Assembly (NCBI GenBank): GCA_963708185.1
Contig: OY970195.1
Span: 1,344,001 to 1,408,000 of the forward strand
Origin: Candidatus Peregrinibacteria bacterium
Lineage (GTDB): Bacteria > Patescibacteriota > Gracilibacteria > UBA1369
Length of the DNA: 64,000 nt
Direction: 5' to 3'
Positions 31,857 through 39,217 of the stretch are shown in pieces. Position 1 is the stretch's first letter. Each line of letters starts with the position of its first letter. Both the position numbers and the translations under genes were made by a program. The notes beneath the pieces are model-generated. The model saw nothing but the letters and a program-made list of their open reading frames with translations. It was not told the origin of the DNA and made no database searches.

Positions 31857-32397
31857 AGAGCTTGAAATCCAGCTTATGAAAGATTCTGAAATTGTCGTGC
31901 TTTTAAAGTCCCTTATTTTGGAGAAGGCGAGCAGGCATGAGGCGGTTTTAAAGGTTGTTCAAGGCTGTCCTGATAGCAAAATTGATCAAATTTTAAGTGG
32001 TCCAGCGACCGAAGCGGACATACGGCTTATTTTTGAGCGATTTGAGGCTGATTTGGAGATTAAACGGCTTGAAATTGATCTGGCGAACATGTGCTATGCC
32101 TTGAACAGCAATAAAACGGACCATAAAAATATAACCGACTGGGACCGTGCTTATGAACATGCTACATGCGGCGTTAGTATTGATCGGGTAGTGAGCTTTT
32201 TGTTAGGTATTGATCGTTTCAATCGCAATATTAAGTGTCCTTTCCATGATGACGGTAAAGCTTCATTGAAAGTTTACGTGAAAAACAACCGTTTTGTGTG
32301 TTTTGGATGTGGTATTCGTGGCTCTCCAATTGATTTTGTTATGTATCACAAAAACTGCTCCTTCCGCGAAGCAGTTCTGTTTCTTTCTAATCTGTAA
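31849..32397 (+). CDS. CHC2 zinc-finger (primase Zn-binding domain) protein
   Basis: CPFHDDGKASL...FVCFGCG...IDFVM...SFREAV. Confidence 0.85.
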   Translation: MNRELEIQLMKDSEIVVLLKSLILEKASRHEAVLKVVQGCPDSKIDQILSGPATEADIRLIFERFEADLEIKRLEIDLANMCYALNSNKTDHKNITDWDRAYEHATCGVSIDRVVSFLLGIDRFNRNIKCPFHDDGKASLKVYVKNNRFVCFGCGIRGSPIDFVMYHKNCSFREAVLFLSNL

Positions 32398-32410
32398 TTC
32401 CATTTTAGTT

Positions 32411-33808
32411 ATGACCAATAAATATGTCAAAAATACTATTCAGAACTTAAAAGAAGAGATGGCAGAAAATGCCATTTCTTCAGGTCCGCCCGATTTATCC
32501 GATTCTACAAAGGAGGGGAAACAAGACCCTATACCCAGCGGACTCTCTGTCCCTCCTCAAGTAACAGGGACACAAACTCCGCCTGGTATAGAGAGTGTTC
32601 TTGAAGCTGTCAGACAAACGGGAGAAAAACATGATTATGTTATCAAGGCTATTCTTGCTGTTTTCGCGTCAACTTTTCTTGTACGCAAAGACCCGATTTG
32701 GCTTTTGATTGTTGGTAATCCTTCCTCAAATAAAACAACTCTTGTCGATTTGATTTCTGGGCATGTTGATGTTTATCGACTTGATACGCTCACTGCTAAT
32801 CCTTTCAGTTCTGGGCAGAGGGAGAAAGAGAAACCGAAAGATCTTTTGCCATTATTGGATGGAAAGTGTTTTGTAATCAAAGAATATGCGACTATCTTTG
32901 GTAGAAGCGATGAAATGGTTAAGCAGCTCATTAGCGACCTTGTCGCTATTTATGACGGTGAATACGCAAAGCATTCTCCGACACGCGGCACGATTCGTTA
33001 TAAATCGTTTTTTTCTCATGTAGGATGCGTGACACCCATGGCTTTAAATTCACGGCAAGTCTATATGAGTGCGGTCGGGGCACGTTTTCTTTTTTTAAGG
33101 ATTGATTCACTTTCTGATGAAGAAAGAGACGATTCGATGAATGAAATTTTCTCTAATTCAAGAAAAAGTAACGCCGAAATTGTAGATGTTGTTTCCGCAT
33201 ATTGTCGCGTTATAAAGGATGTTATTCAGCAGGGCAACATTCCACAGATACCTTCCGAAGTGTTCAGCAAGTTAAAAGTGTTTGCCAGATTGATGGCGCG
33301 AGCGAGGGGAATCGTTATTACAAATCCAGTGAGTTATGAAGGGAATGACGGTAAAAAGCGGATTCATTATGAGGTTGATGATATTCAGATTGAAGAGCCT
33401 TTCAGGGCCTTAAAACAGCTCAAGAAATTCGCTGAATGTTTGGCTATTGTGAATGGTTCAAATGTTGTTGGCGAGGAGGAAATATCAATCGTGCAGCGGG
33501 TTGTTCTTTCTTCTATGCCAGTTCGAAGAGCCGATATATTGCGGGTTTTTGAAAAAGGAATTTTGTTTACCGTGAAAGAAGCGGCGGAAAAGCTTGATAA
33601 GAACAACAAGACTGTCAGGCGCAATTTGGATGAACTGGTGTCGTTGGGTGTCCTTGATACTGTGAAGGAAAGCGATACTCAGGCAAAAGCATATTTTATG
33701 AAGGAAGAGTATGCGGATGTTTTGGGTTTTAGTATTCAGCAAACAGAAACGGTCCAAGCCAATTCGCCTGAAAATTCAGCGGAAACTAAAGAGAAATTGC
33801 CTTTTTAA
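32411..33808 (+). CDS. AAA+/MCM-like ATPase (putative helicase) with C-terminal wHTH
   Basis: WLLIVGNPSSNKTT (variant Walker A), IYDG, GARFL arginine finger, AEKLDKNNKTVRRNLDELV. Confidence 0.65.
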   Translation: MTNKYVKNTIQNLKEEMAENAISSGPPDLSDSTKEGKQDPIPSGLSVPPQVTGTQTPPGIESVLEAVRQTGEKHDYVIKAILAVFASTFLVRKDPIWLLIVGNPSSNKTTLVDLISGHVDVYRLDTLTANPFSSGQREKEKPKDLLPLLDGKCFVIKEYATIFGRSDEMVKQLISDLVAIYDGEYAKHSPTRGTIRYKSFFSHVGCVTPMALNSRQVYMSAVGARFLFLRIDSLSDEERDDSMNEIFSNSRKSNAEIVDVVSAYCRVIKDVIQQGNIPQIPSEVFSKLKVFARLMARARGIVITNPVSYEGNDGKKRIHYEVDDIQIEEPFRALKQLKKFAECLAIVNGSNVVGEEEISIVQRVVLSSMPVRRADILRVFEKGILFTVKEAAEKLDKNNKTVRRNLDELVSLGVLDTVKESDTQAKAYFMKEEYADVLGFSIQQTETVQANSPENSAETKEKLPF

Positions 33809-33855
33809 TTCGTGGGCGCTTAACACAACCTATTATTTTTTATTTTTTTCACTTT

Positions 33856-34158
33856 ATGACACCATCAACCATCAAGGAAGTTTGCACACTTTGTAATGCC
33901 CTTTCTCATAAACTAGCCGAATGCCTGCAAACATGTACGCGTTATGCGGTAGAAGCAAATTGTGTGCCTTCTTTCTTTTACTGTGAAGCTTTGACTTTAC
34001 ATGCATCAGCCGAAATAAAAGGTGATGATGGAGCATTTGTTGATCTATGTAGGCTTCAACCTTTTTTGGCTTTAGCGGCTAAACATGGGGCATACATCAC
34101 TCCAGATTCAATCACGAAAAATGGAAACACTATCACCGTTGAGGTCACCATATGTTAA
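33856..34158 (+). CDS. Hypothetical protein
   Basis: 100-aa ORF co-oriented within the element. Confidence 0.45.
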   Translation: MTPSTIKEVCTLCNALSHKLAECLQTCTRYAVEANCVPSFFYCEALTLHASAEIKGDDGAFVDLCRLQPFLALAAKHGAYITPDSITKNGNTITVEVTIC

Positions 34159-34203
34159 TACCGTCTGTAACAATTAACTTTATATCTTTTACGCTTAAAA
34201 ACT

Positions 34204-34377
34204 ATGTCCTATAATCCAAACCACTATCAGTCCAAGAACGTTTATCTTCCAAAGGAGCTGTGCGCTTTTGCTGAGAAGAAAGCCAAAAGTCAGTTCATGA
34301 ATTTCAGTGTCTATATCAGGTCACTTATTGTTGAAGACCTGAAGAAAGAAACCCTGAATGCAAGGCCAATTACGTAA
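34204..34377 (+). CDS. Ribbon-helix-helix (CopG-like) protein, 57 aa
   Basis: SKNVYLPKELCAFAEKKAKSQFMNFSVYIRSLIVEDL; missed by the ORF track. Confidence 0.65.
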   Translation: MSYNPNHYQSKNVYLPKELCAFAEKKAKSQFMNFSVYIRSLIVEDLKKETLNARPIT

Positions 34378-34492
34378 TAATATCTACTGAATGAAACCTG
34401 CATGGAAGCTCTTATTCAGTTGGATTTAGGGCTTCGGTTCAATCTCTAATGATTTCGGCAAAAAATTTGAATATTTTTTAATTCTAACCTTC

Positions 34493-35014
34493 ATGACAAC
34501 ATCAAAAAAACAGCTTCTTGCGAATCAACAAAACGCCAAACTTGGTGGCGTAAAGACGGAAACTGGCAAGGAAGTCAGCAAGTTAAACTCTACGAAGCAT
34601 GGCTTATTGAGCCAGGAAGTTTTGTTAAAAGATGAAAACAAACCTGAGCTTGCCACTTTACGTCAACAATTAAATGACTATTTCCAGCCCGAAACAGGCA
34701 TGGAGCAAATCTTGGTGGATCGAATCATTGCCAATGTTTGGAGACTTAAAAGGGTGCTTAAAATTGAAACCGAAATGATTGAGAACGATTGTAAGCCTGG
34801 ATTTATGGAAAATGAGAAAAAGGGCTTGGGCACTGCTTTAAGTTACGATTTTGCGAATAATGATACTTACGGCAAACTTATTCGCTATGAGACCAGTATT
34901 GAGAGAGGACTCTATCGTGCGCTCCATGAATTACAAAGGATGCAGGCGCAACGGAAAGGTCAACAAGTACCTCTACCCGTTGTTATAGACGTGGAAATGA
35001 ATAAGGAAGAATAA
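34493..35014 (+). CDS. Conserved hypothetical protein of mobile elements
   Basis: KQLLANQQNA..GVKTETGK..S..N..KHGL and RYETSIERGLYRALHEL pattern. Confidence 0.7.
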   Translation: MTTSKKQLLANQQNAKLGGVKTETGKEVSKLNSTKHGLLSQEVLLKDENKPELATLRQQLNDYFQPETGMEQILVDRIIANVWRLKRVLKIETEMIENDCKPGFMENEKKGLGTALSYDFANNDTYGKLIRYETSIERGLYRALHELQRMQAQRKGQQVPLPVVIDVEMNKEE

Positions 35015-35042
35015 ATGGGTTCGTTTCGTAAAATTATTTTTT

Positions 35043-35657
35043 ATGGGTAGACACTATTATAGTAAAAAGGATACGGTCGAAGATTGTCTTATTGTGGGTG
35101 TCTTTTGGTTGAAGAGAAATGGGTATCTTGATGGTTACAAGCATGGCGGAATCACTTGGACCTCTGGCTCTGGAAGTCAAAGTACCATTGGGATCACGGT
35201 TTCCACCTGCATAGATTATAAATTCCTTCGGTTCAATTACACATTGACCCAAAATGAGAAGAAAGAGAATTACAATTATGTTGTAAGGATTGTTACTTCT
35301 AGGTGTAATTTCAAAGGAAGGAGATTTTGGTTTCTTTGTCCTCTTTTGAAAGGTGATCGTCCATGTGAAAGGCGTGTGGCGAAGCTCTATTTGCCACCTG
35401 GAGGAAAGTATTTTGGGTGTAGACAATGCTATGATTTGAGCTATAACACGAGAAATAAATATGATGGACGGTTTGCTGAATTCGGCAAGGTTCTTGATTA
35501 CGAAGCAAAGATGGAGAAGTTGAAAGATGTGGTCAAAAGAAAATATTACAACGGCAGGATGACAAAAAAATATAAAAGGTATCTGCAATGTGTTCAGGAG
35601 TTCAATCACGCCGCTCCGCTTCTTGCTGAAAGGATGAATAGATTATTATCTAACTAA
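35043..35657 (+). CDS. Hypothetical Cys-rich (Zn-finger) protein
   Basis: CNFKGRRFWFLCP...CERRVAKLY...FGCRQCYDLSY. Confidence 0.7.
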   Translation: MGRHYYSKKDTVEDCLIVGVFWLKRNGYLDGYKHGGITWTSGSGSQSTIGITVSTCIDYKFLRFNYTLTQNEKKENYNYVVRIVTSRCNFKGRRFWFLCPLLKGDRPCERRVAKLYLPPGGKYFGCRQCYDLSYNTRNKYDGRFAEFGKVLDYEAKMEKLKDVVKRKYYNGRMTKKYKRYLQCVQEFNHAAPLLAERMNRLLSN

Positions 35658-35673
35658 GTGCTAATATATGCTC

Positions 35674-35796
35674 GCAGTCCAAAATTCAGTTAATTTGTTG
35701 AGGGAGTATTTGTTTTGTTGCCTTTAGTGGGGCAACTGTGCCAATAAAGAATCCCTCAAGGAAACTGAATTGGACTGCCACGGTTGCTCCTCTTTG
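35674..35796 (+). ncRNA. Putative structured 5' leader RNA of the recombinase
   Basis: Nested stems plus a 12-bp loop-to-3'-flank pairing with G-U pairs on the plus strand. Confidence 0.55.
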
Positions 35797-35817
35797 AGGT
35801 CATTTACTTTATCTTTT

Positions 35818-37482
35818 ATGGAAAATATTAAATTTGCAATTTACGCTCGTAAATCCTCAACAGGTGAGGACCGTCAGGTACTTTCTATAGAATCTCAATT
35901 GGATGAGATGAAGGATTTGGCGCAAAAACTTGGGATTAGAAATTATCAGGTGTTTACCGACTCTCAAACTGCTCACAAGCCATATTTGAGGCCTGAATTT
36001 ATGAAAATGATTGCAGCGATTGATAGTGGAGAAATCCAGGGAGTGCTTTGCTGGAAAGCGGACCGTTTAGCACGGAATCCCCTTGAAGGGGGGAATATCA
36101 CCTATCTTTTGCAGAACAGCAAATTGAAGGTCATCCAAACCCCTTACAGTCGATATTTACCAACAGATAACACTCTGCCTTTAACGATTGAGCTTGGAAT
36201 GGCGAATCAATACAGTCTTGATCTTTCTAAGAATGTGAAAAGAGGTAATAAAACTAAAGTTGCCAATGGCGGTTATACAGGCGTTGCTCCTCATGGTTAT
36301 TTGAACGATCTTATTAACCATACCATTCTTCCAGATCCTGACCGCTTTGATCTGGTCCGAAAAATGTGGGACCTCTATTTGAAAGGAACGTATTCTTTAA
36401 ATCAAATATGCAAAATTGCAAATGAAGAGTGGGGGTTCCTAACATATCGAAGAAAACAAACGGGTGGTGCAAAATTGTGTATTTCGAGCCTTTACACAAT
36501 TTTCACAAATCGTTTTTATTATGGATGGATTCAATCTGGTGAAAATGCAAACTATGGCATTCATAAGCCAATGATTACCATAGCTGAGTTTGAGAAAGTT
36601 CAAGAACTATTGAGAAGACAGGGGAGGAAAGGGGAAACAAGTTACGAGTTTTCATTTACGGGTTGTATTAAATGCGGAGAGTGCAGTGCTTCAATAACAG
36701 CTGAGGAGAAAGTGAAATATGCTTGTCCTGGTTGTAGAAAACAGAATTCGGCTAAAAATCCGCATCGTTGCGGACGTTGTGGTTACAGTATTGCCAAAGA
36801 AGACGTAGCACATGGTCATTGGTATAAATATTATCGCTGCACAAAAAAGAAAGGTGCATGTTCACAGAAATGCTTTACTGCTGATGCTCTGGAAGGGCAA
36901 TTTGTTGATACTCTCTCCAAGATTGAAATAGACCCCGATTTTGAGCGTTGGGCTTTGCAGTGGTATAAATTCCTCAATCAAAACTCCTTTGATGAGAAAC
37001 AGGGGCAGAACGAATTATTTTACAGCAATTATCAAAAAGCTGAGGAGAAAATAAAGCGGTTAGTTGATATGCGGGCTGATGGTGAGATTGATAAAGATCG
37101 TTTTATTGCTTCCAAAGCTGAAGCGGAAACTGACCTTGCCCATTGGAAAAGCAAATTGAGCGAGGCTGAGAAGACAAGGAATCAATCATTAGCGGAGATT
37201 GAAGAGGCGCTTGGATTTATCCAAGGTATCCAGAAACGCTTTAGGGAAGGCTCCGTCCGTGACAAGAAATATATTTTTATGAAGGTTGGCTCGAACTTTC
37301 TTCTAAAGGACCGAATACTTACTTTAGATACCCAAAAAGCCTATTTAGCCTTTCGAGAGCTTCAAGATGACGTTGATACTCGGATCGAACCTAAAGATTT
37401 GCCTTCCATAAAAGAAAATAACCCCCTTTTGTATGAGAGGGTTTTAACATGGCAGGGCCAGAAGGAATCGAACCCTCGTTAA
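35818..37482 (+). CDS. Large serine recombinase (integrase)
   Basis: YARKSS catalytic Ser, DRLARN, recombinase domain, Zn ribbon (CGEC...YYRC), coiled coil; 3' end overlaps the tRNA. Confidence 0.93.
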   Translation: MENIKFAIYARKSSTGEDRQVLSIESQLDEMKDLAQKLGIRNYQVFTDSQTAHKPYLRPEFMKMIAAIDSGEIQGVLCWKADRLARNPLEGGNITYLLQNSKLKVIQTPYSRYLPTDNTLPLTIELGMANQYSLDLSKNVKRGNKTKVANGGYTGVAPHGYLNDLINHTILPDPDRFDLVRKMWDLYLKGTYSLNQICKIANEEWGFLTYRRKQTGGAKLCISSLYTIFTNRFYYGWIQSGENANYGIHKPMITIAEFEKVQELLRRQGRKGETSYEFSFTGCIKCGECSASITAEEKVKYACPGCRKQNSAKNPHRCGRCGYSIAKEDVAHGHWYKYYRCTKKKGACSQKCFTADALEGQFVDTLSKIEIDPDFERWALQWYKFLNQNSFDEKQGQNELFYSNYQKAEEKIKRLVDMRADGEIDKDRFIASKAEAETDLAHWKSKLSEAEKTRNQSLAEIEEALGFIQGIQKRFREGSVRDKKYIFMKVGSNFLLKDRILTLDTQKAYLAFRELQDDVDTRIEPKDLPSIKENNPLLYERVLTWQGQKESNPR

Positions 37483-37523
37483 CGGTTTTGGAGACCGCTG
37501 TATTGCCACTATACGATGGCCCT
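37450..37523 (-). tRNA. tRNA-Trp (CCA)
   Basis: AGGGCCA TCGTATAGTGGCAATACA GCGGT CTCCAAA ACCGT TAAC GAGGGTTCGATTCCTTC TGGCCCT GCCA; anticodon CCA, encoded 3' CCA. Confidence 0.96.
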
Positions 37524-37669
37524 AAGTTCAGGGGTTTTGCTTGCGCACTATAGCAATTCTCTCTTTTTTTTTCCAGTCAAAGAGCTCGGCTTCAAATGTC
37601 ACAATTTTTGATACTCTTGCAATTTTGGCGGGAAGTGATAAACTATCTCTCAACCACATATTTTAATTT

Positions 37670-39208
37670 ATGTCAATCAGCTTGGAGGAGAGGTTCGATA
37701 CGCTTGTTGAGAAAGTTCTTGAGAAACGTCCCGTCCTCCGTGAAATCATCCAGAAACGTGGGCAAAAAAATCTTTACGATTACGCCAAAGATTATATCAA
37801 CGTGAATTTGAATCCTCCGATTCAGCAGCGTCAGGATGAGATCATCGGGACTTTTCAGTCTGAGGTTGAAAGGCTTTTGGGGAAACAGATCGCCCAGGAG
37901 GCCGCGGACCAGCTGGCGGCGCACTATTACGTTTCGACGGCGGACCATCACGGTCCGGTTACCCATCCGTTTTTCATTAATTCCAATTTACTGACCGCTG
38001 CGCCGTTTTTTGAACATTCGGACCCGGTCCTCAAGAACGTCATCGTCTTTGCCTGCGGCAGCATCTCCCTCAATAACTCATCCTGGCCCCGCGGGCTTTT
38101 ATTTAATACCTGCATGGACAACAAGATCCAGACCCAGCGTCTGTCGTTTTTTCCTGCAAAAGACCGTTTGTGCCCCGTCTTCAACTACCGTTCCTATACC
38201 AAAGAGGATATTGAAAGGGCGCGCGCATCCCTGTTGACGATGATCAAGGAAGGGCAGGTTCCCGCCGATGAGGGGAAGAAGGTTGAAGCTTTGCTCGACG
38301 AAATTTACCTGCGGCCGGAAATGCTCGAATGCGACAATTTCTCTGACCAGGTGACCAAGACGAATTTCCATCTGTGGAAGCGTTTTTTCGGCCAGAAGTA
38401 TGAGAGCGAGGCTCCGAATCTTATTTATCTCGAGCAGGAAAGTCTCGTCTCGAAACTTATCGTTCAGCATCATCTTGAGAGCGATACCACGATTACGCAC
38501 ATCCTTTTTGATCCGGCTTACGAACTTCTCCTCTCGAACTATTTTGAAGGTATTCAGGGAGCTTTCGACCGCAAGGCGGACTATGGAACCTATCTTTTCT
38601 GGGCGTTGCCGAAGGGCGGAAAATACCGTGTTCAGATGTGGAAACAGGGCAGCAAACTTGTCACTGAAGACGGGTCTTACAGCCTGGAACTGACTCCGGC
38701 GAACATCAAAAAGGCGCTTGAAGCCAAGGAGATCATTCCAAGCATGATGCTCTGTTATATCGTGCTGGCTTTTTACTACGGGTTGAAATGTCTCGGCGGA
38801 TTCAGCCAGGTGAACTACCTGACCTTCATGAAGAACGCATACATCAAGATGCAGGTCGATCGCGGGAACTACCGCAGTATCGAAGTCTGCGCGCGTTCCC
38901 AGACCAAAGAGATGGGAGGGGATTTCACGCTCGCTTTCATGGAAGGTCCAAACGGCGAACTCGTTCCTTCGACGGGCCTGGATTTGATGCTCTACGGGAC
39001 CGATGAAACCTGGCCGTGTCTCGTTGAACAGTCCAGGCTCATTTCGCTTCAGGAAGGTGTGTATTCGCTTATGCCCGAGTTTTATCACATCCTGTATCTG
39101 GAAACGGAACGTGATCCTGAACTCGCGAGCATCACCGCCGAAGACGTCACCAAACTGATGAAACTTGATCAGAAAATGAAAGCCTGCACCAAGATCAAGC
39201 CCTACTAA
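37670..39208 (+). CDS. Conserved hypothetical protein (512 aa)
   Basis: Long ORF with host-like codon usage; enzyme-like STADHHGP and CLGGFSQVNY motifs; family not recognised. Confidence 0.65.
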   Translation: MSISLEERFDTLVEKVLEKRPVLREIIQKRGQKNLYDYAKDYINVNLNPPIQQRQDEIIGTFQSEVERLLGKQIAQEAADQLAAHYYVSTADHHGPVTHPFFINSNLLTAAPFFEHSDPVLKNVIVFACGSISLNNSSWPRGLLFNTCMDNKIQTQRLSFFPAKDRLCPVFNYRSYTKEDIERARASLLTMIKEGQVPADEGKKVEALLDEIYLRPEMLECDNFSDQVTKTNFHLWKRFFGQKYESEAPNLIYLEQESLVSKLIVQHHLESDTTITHILFDPAYELLLSNYFEGIQGAFDRKADYGTYLFWALPKGGKYRVQMWKQGSKLVTEDGSYSLELTPANIKKALEAKEIIPSMMLCYIVLAFYYGLKCLGGFSQVNYLTFMKNAYIKMQVDRGNYRSIEVCARSQTKEMGGDFTLAFMEGPNGELVPSTGLDLMLYGTDETWPCLVEQSRLISLQEGVYSLMPEFYHILYLETERDPELASITAEDVTKLMKLDQKMKACTKIKPY

Positions 39209-39217
39209 TCAATACGA

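Larger units (their letters stand above)
21532..37457. mobile_element. Integrative element / genomic island at tRNA-Trp (serine recombinase type)
   Basis: TGGCAGGG direct repeat at 21532-21539 and 37450-37457, AT-rich shift, recombinase abutting the tRNA, defence and replication cargo. Confidence 0.88.

Noticed and set aside
34385-34447. Possible third structured leader (GAAGCTCT...AGGGCTTC)
   Set aside because: Only one modest stem; the loop-to-3'-flank pairing of the other two leaders is not evident
21532-37457. Prophage call for the island
   Set aside because: No capsid, portal, tail, large terminase or lysis genes recognised
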